Assembly: GCA_034178705.1 (NCBI GenBank)
Contig: JAXFQY010000104.1
Coordinates: forward strand, 16,379-80,378
From: Eubacteriales bacterium
GTDB taxonomy: Bacteria; Bacillota; Clostridia; Oscillospirales; CAG-272
Direction of reading: 5' to 3'
Length of the DNA stretch: 64,000 nt
Below the pieces are notes generated by a model, which had not been told where the DNA came from, did no database searches, and worked only from the letters and a program-made list of their open reading frames with translations. The first letter of the stretch is position 1. Every line of letters begins with the position of its first letter. The position numbers and the translations under genes were made by a program. Positions 9,891 to 19,559 of this stretch are shown one piece after another.

Positions 9891-11120
9891 ATGAAGAAAA
9901 CCAAAGAATTACTGGAAACCGAACAGAAAGCAACGCGCGGAGCTCATCTGTTGAAACAGGAAAAGCAGCGGGAATTCTCCTCCGGAGAAAAGAAAAAAAA
10001 CGGTAGCTTGCTGCTTCTGCTGGCTCCCGCCAATATGCTGGGGTTGCTCGCTTCCGCTCTTGCGGTTGTCGGCATTTGTGCGCTCGCGCGCGGTGCTGCA
10101 GCCCGCGCACAGGTACCGTTGCCGACAGACAGCGGAACCTCCGGTGTTACGGTAACTACTCCTGCGGAGTCAAGCGGAACGCCGGCTGTTTCCGATACCT
10201 CGGAAGCCTTCGGTGAGCCGACCACAACACCGGTATCGACTGCCCCATCGGAGCCCGATCCGATTCCGCCCGGCGGAACGGCGGTGCTTCCGGATACGAA
10301 AAAACTTCATCCGGTTTACGATCTTTCCTCTGCTCTGCTTGGCAGTTCCGTTGATTCGGATTATGCCATTCTGGTGGATCTGGCGAAAAACTGTGTTGTG
10401 GCATCCAAGTATTCCAATGTCCGGCTTTATCCCGCCTCCATGACGAAGGTGATGACCATTCTGACGGCGGTGCTTCATATTCCAGAGTCCGACTTCTATA
10501 CCAAGACCTTCCGCATGACCAATGAAATTATTACTCCCCTTGTTTGGGATAACGCAACCCGTGCCGGGTTTGTCGGGGGAGAAGATGTTCTGCTGATTGA
10601 TTATCTGTACGGAACGATTCTGCCCTCGGGTGCAGATGCCACAACCGCGCTTGCGCTGTACTGTGCCGGAAGCGAGGAGGCATTCGCGGAGATGATGAAC
10701 GAAACCGCAGCCGAGCTTGGTTTGAAGGACACTCATTTTACCAATGCAAGCGGTCTGCACGATCCGAACCATTATACGACCGCATATGAGATGGCGGTGA
10801 TTATGCGTGCTGCCCTTTCCAATGAGCTTTGCCGCAAGGTGCTCAGCACCGTTACCTATACGACGCACAGTACCGTACAGAATCCGGACGGACTGACCCT
10901 GTACAGCACCGGGCTTTCCCGTCTTTCTCCTTATAACTGCCGGTCATATTCCTTTGCCGCAGCCAAAACCGGATTCACTCCGGAGGCAAAGCAGTGCCTG
11001 GTTTCTTTGATCCGTACGTCGGAGGGCAAAGAATTTGTTTTTGTCTGTGCCCATGCGTCAGAAAAATATATGACTTCACGTGACACCGACTATGTCGCCG
11101 GACGTTATTGTGTGAGCTGA
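9891..11120 (+). CDS. serine-type D-Ala-D-Ala carboxypeptidase (peptidase S11), membrane anchored
   Basis: SxxK active-site motif in YPASMTKVMT and an SGN-like NASGL motif. N-terminal TM segment followed by a Pro/Thr/Ser-rich linker. Confidence 0.85.
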   Translation: MKKTKELLETEQKATRGAHLLKQEKQREFSSGEKKKNGSLLLLLAPANMLGLLASALAVVGICALARGAAARAQVPLPTDSGTSGVTVTTPAESSGTPAVSDTSEAFGEPTTTPVSTAPSEPDPIPPGGTAVLPDTKKLHPVYDLSSALLGSSVDSDYAILVDLAKNCVVASKYSNVRLYPASMTKVMTILTAVLHIPESDFYTKTFRMTNEIITPLVWDNATRAGFVGGEDVLLIDYLYGTILPSGADATTALALYCAGSEEAFAEMMNETAAELGLKDTHFTNASGLHDPNHYTTAYEMAVIMRAALSNELCRKVLSTVTYTTHSTVQNPDGLTLYSTGLSRLSPYNCRSYSFAAAKTGFTPEAKQCLVSLIRTSEGKEFVFVCAHASEKYMTSRDTDYVAGRYCVS

Positions 11121-11192
11121 ATACGGCATATGCCGTGATCAGATAAATATGCTGCGCCTTTGCGGTGCTGCAAACAGAAAGAGGTAATGCAA

Positions 11193-12725
11193 ATGCGTAA
11201 AACCACTAGAGTAAGACTTCTTGCCGCACTTCTATCCCTGCTTCTTCTTGCAGGCATGCTCCTTTCCTCCTGCGGCGCAAAGACCCCTGAAGAATCCTTC
11301 CTCGATCTGCAGAAGCAGGAACTTTCCGCAGCTGCTGAGAATCTGGGAACGGTATTCAGCAGTTTCAATGCCGGTCAGTCAAGCAACGCTTCCGGGCGTG
11401 TTCTTGGAAATGTGACTCTTTCCATCGGCCCCACTGCCCGTGCCTTTCTTTCCGCTTCCTCGGGCAATATCGACCTTGATTGGCTCAGCTCGATTTCTTT
11501 GAAAATGGATATTTCCTCAAAGAAGAATCTTGCCGGAGGCGTTGCTTCTTTGCTTCTCGGTACAACTGAAATTGTCGGTATGAATCTTTGGGTTGACAAC
11601 GAGACCCGGGAGTTGCGTATGACAATTCCTGAACTCAGCGATACGGTACTCTCCCTTTCCCAGGATTCGCTGTCCGATTCTGTTGGAAGCATAGATCAAT
11701 CCGCCCTTCTTTCCGCACTGCCGGATGCAAAAACAATCCGGGTTCTTGTGGAGCGTTATTCGGACCTGATTCTTGCTGAATTCAAAACTGTTACCGAAAG
11801 CGAAGAGGCTTTTACTGCCGGTGAGGTAACAAAAACCCTCAAGGTTCTGCGCAGTGAGATGACCGCAGGGGAAGTCGCGGAAATTCTGAAAAAGGTTCTG
11901 GAAACCATAAAGACCGATAAGGAAATTGAAACGATTATCCGTGATATCGCGGCACTTATCCCGGAGGGGGATACGCCGGATGAGTTTTATGCAGAATTCC
12001 TTTCGGGGCTTCAGGATGCGATTGACAGCATAGAGGTTGACCAGGATGATAACGAGAAGATCATCTACGAGTTGCTGGTCGATGGAAAGAAGATTGTCGG
12101 AAGACGGTTGAATGTATCCGACAGGGAATTGTATCTTTATTTTCTGGAAAAGGACGGGAATTTCGGTTTTGCCTGCCGTCCGATGGTTCTGTATGACTAC
12201 GAAAAAGGGAACGGATCACTGGACATTACCGGCAGCGGAAAGGTGAAGGACGGTGTTTACAGCGGCTCTTTCTCTCTTGCGCTTCGGGACGCTGAGCTTC
12301 TGAAGCTGGAGCTGACACGTTACGATCGGAAGGCAGCGGAGAAGGGAAAGCTTGATTTCGACTGTACGCTGAAGCCTACGATCAATCTGATCCAGCTTAT
12401 TTCCGATGAGGATGTGTCCTCGCTTGCTCTGCTGACGGTGTATTCACTGCATATGAAGGTTTTGCTTGAAGAAGAAGCTTTCTCCTTCTATATCGGGCTG
12501 ATGCAGGGAACGGAAGAGTTTCTCGGTTACACGGTTGATGGACGTAGCGAAAAAACAGCCGGAGAGATCCCTGAACTGACCGGTCCTGCCCTGAATATTA
12601 TGGATGAGGATTCTATGAGCCAATATGCTTCGGGAATCCGTTTTGATACGATTCTCTCCAATCTTCAGAAGGCCGGGGTACCCGCAGAGCTTCTCTCCGA
12701 ACTTCTCGGCGGTTTCATGCAGTAA
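11193..12725 (+). CDS. lipoprotein of unknown function
   Basis: Signal peptide with a lipobox (LLLLAGMLLSSCGAK). ATG 11193 sits 8 nt after AAAGAGG. I recognise no domain. Confidence 0.8.
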   Translation: MRKTTRVRLLAALLSLLLLAGMLLSSCGAKTPEESFLDLQKQELSAAAENLGTVFSSFNAGQSSNASGRVLGNVTLSIGPTARAFLSASSGNIDLDWLSSISLKMDISSKKNLAGGVASLLLGTTEIVGMNLWVDNETRELRMTIPELSDTVLSLSQDSLSDSVGSIDQSALLSALPDAKTIRVLVERYSDLILAEFKTVTESEEAFTAGEVTKTLKVLRSEMTAGEVAEILKKVLETIKTDKEIETIIRDIAALIPEGDTPDEFYAEFLSGLQDAIDSIEVDQDDNEKIIYELLVDGKKIVGRRLNVSDRELYLYFLEKDGNFGFACRPMVLYDYEKGNGSLDITGSGKVKDGVYSGSFSLALRDAELLKLELTRYDRKAAEKGKLDFDCTLKPTINLIQLISDEDVSSLALLTVYSLHMKVLLEEEAFSFYIGLMQGTEEFLGYTVDGRSEKTAGEIPELTGPALNIMDEDSMSQYASGIRFDTILSNLQKAGVPAELLSELLGGFMQ

Positions 12726-12754
12726 ACCTAACAGGATTCCAAGACCTTGGAAAA

Positions 12755-13420
12755 ATGATTGAATGTGAAAATCTGAAAAAGCATTACGGACGGCACAAGG
12801 TGCTGCGCGGCGTCTCCTTCTCTTTGGAGGGGGGACGTTGCGCAGCGATTGTCGGCGGCAACGGCAGCGGGAAATCGACGCTGCTTTCTCTGCTTGCCGG
12901 CGTTGTACCGCGCGATACCGGCAGCTTCCGCCTTGACGGGCGGGAGCTGTTTTCTGCTCGCAAAGCGCTTGCCCGGGCTGTCGGTTTTGTTCCGCAGACC
13001 CCACCCTTGATTCCGGAACTGACAGCGTGGGACAATCTTCGGCTTTGGTATGACAAAAAAACACTGGAGGCATCCCTGTCGGACGGTACTCTTGCTATGC
13101 TTGGAATTCCCGATTTCCTCGGAAAGCGCGTTTCCCACTTGTCGGGCGGCATGCAGAAACGCCTTTCGATCGGTTGTGCCGTTGCCGGAGCACCGCGGGT
13201 GCTTCTGCTTGACGAGCCGACCGCCGCGCTCGATCTTGCCTGTAAGGAAGCCATTGCCGCCTATCTTCGTACCTTCTGCGCTGAGGGCGGAACCGTTCTG
13301 CTGACGACACACGAGGAGCGGGAAATTGCCGCAGCGGATTGCTGCTTTCTGCTTCGGGACGGCTTGTTGACTCCTTTTACATATGACGGCGATCTGCCGT
13401 CGCTCGTGAGGGCGCTGTGA
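12755..13420 (+). CDS. ABC transporter ATP-binding protein
   Basis: Walker A GGNGSGKST, signature LSGGMQKR, Walker B VLLLDEPTAALD. Confidence 0.95.
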   Translation: MIECENLKKHYGRHKVLRGVSFSLEGGRCAAIVGGNGSGKSTLLSLLAGVVPRDTGSFRLDGRELFSARKALARAVGFVPQTPPLIPELTAWDNLRLWYDKKTLEASLSDGTLAMLGIPDFLGKRVSHLSGGMQKRLSIGCAVAGAPRVLLLDEPTAALDLACKEAIAAYLRTFCAEGGTVLLTTHEEREIAAADCCFLLRDGLLTPFTYDGDLPSLVRAL

Positions 13421-14646
13421 AGCGCGCGGCGTATTTTCGGACGCAGCTTCGCTGCATGCTGCGTGCCCTTCCTGCCGTACTGCTGCTCTCGCTTCTGCTT
13501 TTCTTCGCTACCGCTTCGATTTCCGCTGCTTTGCTTCGCACCGATGCCGCATCAGAGGAACGGCGTGTCGTCATGGTAGGGATTGTGGGAGATACGGAGG
13601 GAAGCTATCTCGGCTTCGGGTTTGCCGTGCTGACCTCGCTTGACAGCTCCCGCTTTTCGATCAATTTTATAGAAACCGATCTGACAGAGGCGGAGGAGGC
13701 ACTCCGCCGCGGAGAGCTTGACGGTTATCTTCTGATTCCGGACGGATTTGTTTCTTCGATTGTGAACGGCACGAACAAGCCGATTGCTTTTTTTACCCCC
13801 GAGGATGCGGATGCTGTGGGCACGTTGCTCATGCAGGATGTTGCCAAGGTCGTGTCGGCACTGATTACGGAGTCTCAGAGTGCGATGTTCGGCTTTGAGC
13901 GTTATGTATGGAGCCATGCCCCAAAGGAGGCCGAAGCGCTTTCGAACCGTCTGAACCTGCAGTATATTACGGCGATTCTGACACGGCAGAATGCGTCGTC
14001 TGTTGAGCTCCTCGGGATTTCCGACGGGCTGGACACGGTCTCCTATTATCTTTGTGCGGGGGTAACGCTGTTTTTGCTTCTGCTCGGGCTTTCCTGCTGC
14101 TTCCTGTTTGTCCGCAGCAGCTATGCGCTTCCGCGTATGCTGGCTGCACGCGGAACCGGTGCCATGCGTCAGGTTTTCTCCGAAATCTGCTGTTGTTTTT
14201 TCCTGTTTCTGTTCGCCCTTGCCGTTCTGATTCTGCCGGCCACTCTCCTTGCTTCCAGCGGGAATGGCATAGTATCCGGTATAACGCCTGCTGAGCTTTT
14301 CCGTTTTTTCATCGGAGCGATGCCGGCAGCCGCGGCTTTGGCTGCCATGCAGTTCTTCCTGTTTGAATGTACTTCCGGCATCGTCGGGGCCGCGCTTTTG
14401 CAGTTTGCCGTCGGAATCGGCTCCGCTTATCTTTCCGGCTGCTTTTATCCCTCTTATTTCTTCCCGGAGCCGCTTCAGCGTGTTGCGGCGCTGACTCCTG
14501 CCGGTGTTGCCTTTGCGCAGCTGAGGCATTCCCTTGCGGGAAGCAGCAACCGATCCTCTCTGCCGCTTTTGCTTTTTTGGATTGCGGTGTTTTTCTGGCT
14601 TGCGGTTCTGGTTCGCCGTGCACGGATCGGGGGAAAAGAAGAATGA
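13417..14646 (+). CDS. ABC-2-type permease with a large extracytoplasmic loop
   Basis: GTG start overlaps the ATPase stop codon (GTGA). One N-terminal TM, then a soluble loop of about 170 aa, then a cluster of about 5 TM segments. Confidence 0.8.
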   Translation: MKRAAYFRTQLRCMLRALPAVLLLSLLLFFATASISAALLRTDAASEERRVVMVGIVGDTEGSYLGFGFAVLTSLDSSRFSINFIETDLTEAEEALRRGELDGYLLIPDGFVSSIVNGTNKPIAFFTPEDADAVGTLLMQDVAKVVSALITESQSAMFGFERYVWSHAPKEAEALSNRLNLQYITAILTRQNASSVELLGISDGLDTVSYYLCAGVTLFLLLLGLSCCFLFVRSSYALPRMLAARGTGAMRQVFSEICCCFFLFLFALAVLILPATLLASSGNGIVSGITPAELFRFFIGAMPAAAALAAMQFFLFECTSGIVGAALLQFAVGIGSAYLSGCFYPSYFFPEPLQRVAALTPAGVAFAQLRHSLAGSSNRSSLPLLLFWIAVFFWLAVLVRRARIGGKEE

Positions 14647-15764
14647 AAACAATGAAGAAGCTGCTGCTGTGGGTTGCTTTGCTGAATAAAAGGCTTTTCT
14701 GCCGCCCCTCCTTTGTTGTGCTTTTACTTCTGATGCCTGTATCCCTTCTTCTCTTTCGCTCAGCGGCAGAGGGAAGGGGGGCAATGGTCCGCATCGCTTT
14801 GTCGGTTCCTGCTGACGCCGGGAAGGAGAGCCTGTCTTTGACGGAAGAACTGACCGAAGATGTCGGTGTTGTTCGCTGTATCCTGTATCAGACAGAGGAG
14901 GAAGCGCGCCGCGCAGTCCGGGAGGGCAAGTGTGACGCCGCGTGGCTGCTGCCCGCCGATCTGCCGGAAGCTACCCGCCGGTATGCTGCGGATCAGACAC
15001 CTTTCTTAACGGTTGTGGAACGGGAGGATAATGTAGCCGTCCGTCTTGCCCGGGAGAAGCTTTTCGGCGCGGTGTATCCCTATCTTTCCTATGCTTTGTA
15101 CCAGCGGGCGTTTTCCTCTTCTCCTGCACTTTCCGGTACAGAGGAAGAAACCATCCGCGAAAGCTACCTTGCCGTCGCTTCGCAAGGAGAACTTGTGGTA
15201 TTTCAAAATGTGAATTTTTCAGCGGGAGTTGACCTTCTGGTTTCTCCCTTGCGCGGGCTGCTTTCTCTTTGGGTGCTTCTTGCCGCTTTGGCGGCAGGAA
15301 TGTATTCTTTGTCAGATGAGGAGAGGGGCATCTGTATGTGGTTGCCTCCATACAAACGTGTACTGCCGCTCTTTGCCGGCTGCCTCTGTGCCGCCTTTGA
15401 CACTGCACTGGTGCTTCTTCTTTCCGTCCGGTTGCTCGGACAGTCGCTTTCTCTTTCTGCGGAGCTGCTTTCCGCCTTGGTGCTGGTGCTTTTCTCTGCT
15501 GCTTTGGCGTCGCTTCTTGCCGTTGTCTGCCGTCGGGCCGCAGTGCTTTGTCTGGCTGCACCGCCGCTGCTGATTCTGCTTCTTGCTGCCAGTCCGATTT
15601 TTTTTCGCACACACGGCTCCCGGATACTTACCGCATGGAACCCGGTGACTGTGTATCTGCGCAGCCTCACAAATCCCCGATTCCTTCTGCTGGGTGTACT
15701 GTCTGCCGGAAGCTTTACTGTTCTTGCTTTTCTTGCTTTCGTCCTTTCTCGGCGCGAGCAATAA
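14643..15764 (+). CDS. second ABC-2-type permease
   Basis: ATG 14643 overlaps the preceding stop codon (ATGA). Same topology as the first permease. The part of the track ORF upstream of 14643 is an overlap frame. Confidence 0.8.
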   Translation: MKTMKKLLLWVALLNKRLFCRPSFVVLLLLMPVSLLLFRSAAEGRGAMVRIALSVPADAGKESLSLTEELTEDVGVVRCILYQTEEEARRAVREGKCDAAWLLPADLPEATRRYAADQTPFLTVVEREDNVAVRLAREKLFGAVYPYLSYALYQRAFSSSPALSGTEEETIRESYLAVASQGELVVFQNVNFSAGVDLLVSPLRGLLSLWVLLAALAAGMYSLSDEERGICMWLPPYKRVLPLFAGCLCAAFDTALVLLLSVRLLGQSLSLSAELLSALVLVLFSAALASLLAVVCRRAAVLCLAAPPLLILLLAASPIFFRTHGSRILTAWNPVTVYLRSLTNPRFLLLGVLSAGSFTVLAFLAFVLSRREQ

Positions 15765-15793
15765 AATAAACCATTTATCAGGAGAATTAAGCT

Positions 15794-17716
15794 ATGAATG
15801 AACCGGTTCTTTTTGGGCGGCTTCGCGTCTGCCCCCCTCTTGTCAGGGACAGAAAAGGGACGGAGCACGCCGCATCCGACCTTGGCTTTTCCGTCAAGGA
15901 AACGCTTACGGAGCTTGGAGAGGATCTTTGCCTTCTTCGTCGCGTTTTTATCAATACCGGGCGGGAGGAACAGACGGTCCAGCTGATTTTTGATGCAGAA
16001 GCGATGTATTCCCCGACCCGATTTACCGTTCCCGCGGTTTCCTACAACGGAAATCTTCGCAGTGACGGGAAGGAGCCCCACGGCTGGGAGAAAAACGGCA
16101 GTCTGTGGTATCACTCCGCGGACCGCACGTCCATCCCTGCCTGCACCGTTTTTGAAAATTCCGATGCGGTTACCGCTGTTTTTGCTTCTCCCGCGGAGCG
16201 GGAAAACCTCTTTTGCTCTGCCGCCGCGTTTTTTGCGGATGACGACAAGCGTCATCGGATTCTTTGGCCGGATTGTAACATGCCCGAGGCCTATACCGAT
16301 CACGACGTTATGACGGAAAAGGAAGAGCGTTTTCTCACAATCGGGGCAGGGGAGAGCAAAATAACCGAGGTCTATCTGTTCTCCGGCACGCCGAAGTGGA
16401 CAAACTACGGCATGGCGACTCTTATCGACCGTCTTGTTTCCCTTTTTCCCTTTGAACACACGGCATATCCCGATGTCGATACAGCCTGCCGTGCTGCATA
16501 TGCTTATATGGAGGCGGTCCGGTGTACCCTTCCGGATGGAACGGAAATGTTCGGAAATGCCCTGCGTGACCGTCCGGATGGGGACGGACAGTACATGCCC
16601 TATGAGGTTTATGAAGCCGGTTGGTCCGGTCAGTGCATCAGCACGGCACGGCATTACCTTGCGGCCTGGCGCCGGGGAGAAGATCCGGACGGGGAGCGAC
16701 TCCGCATCGGGCTTTCCTGTCTTGACGCCTGGTGCTCAAAGCAGCGGGAAAACGGACTTCTTCAGATCAATTATGCGCGGGAGATTTCACAAAAGTATCT
16801 TCCGGCAGATACCTGTAATCTCGGATGGGCGGCGCACGAGATGCTGCTTGCCTGGAAGCTGCTGGATGGAACGGAGCACGCCCGCCCGCAGTACCGTGTG
16901 TATGCGGAAAGGCTGTTGGACTTTTTCTGCACGCATTACGATCCCGAGGACGGTTTCGGTATGCGTTGGAATATGGACGGCACAAAGGCGACAGCGGGCG
17001 GCTCTGCCGGCGGCTTTGTTGTGATGGCGCTCTGCCTCGGCGCGCGTCTGCTCGGCAGAGAGGATTATCTTGCCTGTGCGGAGCGGGCGGATCGCTTTTA
17101 CTTTGTGCGGGATCTTGACGATTTCGTCGTCACCGCAGGGGCGCTTGATTGCCGCTGCATTGACAAGGAAGGGGCATATCCCTTTGTCACCGCTTCGCTT
17201 GATCTGTATGAACTGACGGGGAACCGCACGTATCTTGAGATGGCGGAGAAGGCGGCCTATTACTTCACCTCATGGATGTTCTTTTATGACGTCCCCTATC
17301 CTACCGAGGTGGAGTTTGACCGGGTAGGCTATTATACCGCCGGCGGAACCGGCGTTTCCACGCAGCATCCGGTCATAGACCCGTGGGGGGTTCTGCTTGT
17401 TCCGGAGCTTGTCCGTCTCGGCAGAATCACCGGGAACAAGATGTGGCGGGACATTGCCTACCGTATGTGGAGCAATGCCATTCTCTGCATTAACCTGGAT
17501 CCCTCTATGCTCTGGCACGGACATCATCGGCCATGGGGGATGCAGTCGGAGGCGTTCTTCCAGTCCTCCTGGTCAAGAAAGATCTACGGTTTCAAGCCAG
17601 GAGAGCGCGGCAGACTGAACGATATGTATGCGATGTGGACCTCTTCTTTCCGCTTGATGGCTGTCGAACGGGTCCGCGCGCTGGAGGGCGATCTGCACTT
17701 TTTTGAACGGAAGTGA
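15794..17716 (+). CDS. hypothetical 640-aa cytoplasmic protein, possibly a beta-sandwich plus (alpha/alpha)6-toroid glycosidase or lyase-like fold
   Basis: Long ORF with RBS AGGAG and coding-like composition. No signal peptide. The C-terminal two-thirds is rich in regularly spaced aromatic/Gly helix-turn patterns. The fold call is a guess. Confidence 0.7.
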   Translation: MNEPVLFGRLRVCPPLVRDRKGTEHAASDLGFSVKETLTELGEDLCLLRRVFINTGREEQTVQLIFDAEAMYSPTRFTVPAVSYNGNLRSDGKEPHGWEKNGSLWYHSADRTSIPACTVFENSDAVTAVFASPAERENLFCSAAAFFADDDKRHRILWPDCNMPEAYTDHDVMTEKEERFLTIGAGESKITEVYLFSGTPKWTNYGMATLIDRLVSLFPFEHTAYPDVDTACRAAYAYMEAVRCTLPDGTEMFGNALRDRPDGDGQYMPYEVYEAGWSGQCISTARHYLAAWRRGEDPDGERLRIGLSCLDAWCSKQRENGLLQINYAREISQKYLPADTCNLGWAAHEMLLAWKLLDGTEHARPQYRVYAERLLDFFCTHYDPEDGFGMRWNMDGTKATAGGSAGGFVVMALCLGARLLGREDYLACAERADRFYFVRDLDDFVVTAGALDCRCIDKEGAYPFVTASLDLYELTGNRTYLEMAEKAAYYFTSWMFFYDVPYPTEVEFDRVGYYTAGGTGVSTQHPVIDPWGVLLVPELVRLGRITGNKMWRDIAYRMWSNAILCINLDPSMLWHGHHRPWGMQSEAFFQSSWSRKIYGFKPGERGRLNDMYAMWTSSFRLMAVERVRALEGDLHFFERK

Positions 17717-17788
17717 CCGGAGACCTGCAGACACAGGAATCACGCAGCAGAAAGAGAAGTTTTTCTCCTTTGGGACTGTCACAAAAAA

Positions 17789-17819
17789 GGGCGGCGCAGC
17801 CTTGGCGCGCCGCCTTTTG
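17789..17819 (+). terminator. intrinsic terminator of the ABC/640-aa operon
   Basis: GC-rich stem GGCGGCGC / GCGCCGCC followed by TTTT. Confidence 0.75.
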
Positions 17820-17983
17820 AATGAGATGGAAGCATTCCGCTCTTTTCCGAGTACCGGTGTTTTTGTCTGCGCTCCGGTAAAGTCGCGGTCCTTCCCGCCG
17901 GTTTTTTCGGTTTTCCGTTTGCCGGAATACCGGGGGGAAATGTTTCCCGCGGGGGCGCGGCGGCTTCCCGTGATCCGAAACAG

Positions 17984-18026
17984 AAAAGGAGGGCTCCGGT
18001 CGTTCCGACCGGAGCCCTCCTTTTTT
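17984..18026. terminator. bidirectional intrinsic terminator (serves pepD on the minus strand)
   Basis: 15-bp perfect stem GGAGGGCTCCGGTCG / CGACCGGAGCCCTCC with a 3-nt loop, flanked by AAAA on the 5' side and TTTTTT on the 3' side. Confidence 0.85.
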
Positions 18027-18104
18027 CTTATCTTTGCCTTTCTTGTCGGAACAGCAATGCGCGGCAGTTTTCCGCTCTGTCTTTCCGGCGGGAAAGGGGA
18101 TTCC

Positions 18105-19535
18105 TTATTCTGCGAGCAGCCTGCAAAGCGTCTGCCAGATGCGATCACAGGAGGAGACGGACATCCGCTCGCGCGGTGTATGAACATCCTTCATGTCAGC
18201 TCCGATGGAGATCATGTCCATGTCCGGGCGCTTTTTTTTGAAAATGCCGCATTCCAGTCCGGCATGAATTCCGCACACCTGGGGACGGTATCCGGCGGTC
18301 TGCTCAAAGGCGTTGCAGTAGGCGCGGCAAAGCGGACTGTCCGCATTGTAGGGCCAGCCGGGATAACGGGAGCGGACGGACTTTTCCGCTCCGTAGGAAA
18401 CGCAAAGCATTTCAATCACGTCATCAAGATGATCCAGTTTCGCATCGTCCTGACTGCGGGCAAGAAGGGAGATTTCCGCTCCTTCCGCGGTCAGATGAAC
18501 GATTCCGAGGTTGCAGCTGGTTTCCACGATTCCCAGTGCGGCGTTCCGTTCCAGCGCGCCGAAGGGAAGCAGGGAAACAAAATCGCACAGCTGGCGGCTG
18601 TCCGTGCGGGAGAGCATTTTTTTCGGGGCAGAGCAGCGTTCAACCCGGAAGATGGCAGAGGCTGCATCCTCCGTGCTGAGTCCGGTACGGAAAGCGCCTT
18701 CGGCAGCAGAAAGTGCTTCCATTGCCGCGGCCAAATCGGAGACGCCGATGACGGCAGACGCGCTGCGGGTGATCGCGTTATCCTTGGAGCCGCCGTCGAA
18801 CGCGGCAAGATTGACTCGGGTTCTGTCACAGACGAGCTTGAGCGCAGCGGCAAGGGCGCGGTTTGCGCTCGTTCTTCCGAGGTGAATATCGGCACCCGAG
18901 TGCCCGCCCATCAGACCGTCGATTGTGACGCGGAGCGCACAGCCGTCGAAATCCATCCATTCATATCGGGAGAGAATGTCGATCCGCATCCCTCCGGCAC
19001 AGCTGACAAGAACGCAGTTTTCCTCCTCGGAGTCAAGGTTGATGAGCTTTTTTGCCGTGACCGGAGAGAAATCGAATGCCTTGGCACCGCCGAGTCCGAC
19101 CTCCTCGTCTGTTGTGAAGAGACATTCCAGTCTCGGGTGTGAGGGGCAGGCGCCGTCAAGGAGCGCCAGCATAACGGCGACGGCGAAGCCGTCATCCCCT
19201 CCGAGGGTTGTGCCGTCAGCCTTCAGCCAGTCTCCGTCGCGAAGCAGACGGATCCCCTCCTTGCCTATATCCCAGTTTACGCCGCTGTCGGCTTCGCAAA
19301 CCATATCCATATGTCCCTGAAGCATAACGGGCTCCTCCTGCTCGCGTCCGGCAGAGGAAGGCATAACGGCAAAAACATTGTTGTGATCGTCCCTTTGATA
19401 GGGAAGGCCCCGCTCCTGAAGAAAAGAACAGAGGAAATCCGCTATGACCCCCTCCTGCCCGGAAGGACGGGGAACCTTTGTGATCTCTTCAAAAAAGCCA
19501 AGCATTTTTTCTGCTTTAAGTCCGGTGAAATCCAT
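18105..19535 (-). CDS. pepD: aminoacyl-histidine (Xaa-His) dipeptidase, M20 family
   Basis: N-terminus FFEEITKVPRPSGQEGVIADFL and QGHMDMVCE are typical PepD. RBS AGGAGG lies 6 nt before the ATG. Confidence 0.9.
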   Translation of the reverse strand: MDFTGLKAEKMLGFFEEITKVPRPSGQEGVIADFLCSFLQERGLPYQRDDHNNVFAVMPSSAGREQEEPVMLQGHMDMVCEADSGVNWDIGKEGIRLLRDGDWLKADGTTLGGDDGFAVAVMLALLDGACPSHPRLECLFTTDEEVGLGGAKAFDFSPVTAKKLINLDSEEENCVLVSCAGGMRIDILSRYEWMDFDGCALRVTIDGLMGGHSGADIHLGRTSANRALAAALKLVCDRTRVNLAAFDGGSKDNAITRSASAVIGVSDLAAAMEALSAAEGAFRTGLSTEDAASAIFRVERCSAPKKMLSRTDSRQLCDFVSLLPFGALERNAALGIVETSCNLGIVHLTAEGAEISLLARSQDDAKLDHLDDVIEMLCVSYGAEKSVRSRYPGWPYNADSPLCRAYCNAFEQTAGYRPQVCGIHAGLECGIFKKKRPDMDMISIGADMKDVHTPRERMSVSSCDRIWQTLCRLLAE

Positions 19536-19559
19536 GATAGCCTCCTGAAATCTTATGTA

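Noticed and set aside
11078-11098. parS-like sequence TGACTTCACGTGACACC
   Set aside because: Only the central TTCACGTGA matches the 16-bp parS palindrome. The outer arms do not match, and it lies inside a coding region.
15203-16654. 483-aa minus-strand ORF, plus the 410-aa ORF at 13552-14784
   Set aside because: Both are antisense to the ABC-2 permeases and the 640-aa gene. They have Arg/Lys/Gly-rich low-complexity translations, no RBS and no motifs.
15794-17716. Idea that the 640-aa protein is a LanC-like lanthionine cyclase, given the ABC genes next door
   Set aside because: It has one AWC motif, but no CHG or GxAHG zinc-site motifs and no precursor-peptide or dehydratase gene nearby. A glycosidase or lyase-like toroid fits as well or better. 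I left it as hypothetical.
17703-19142. 479-aa plus-strand ORF
   Set aside because: It is antisense to pepD, which has clear M20 dipeptidase motifs. It also begins inside two terminators.
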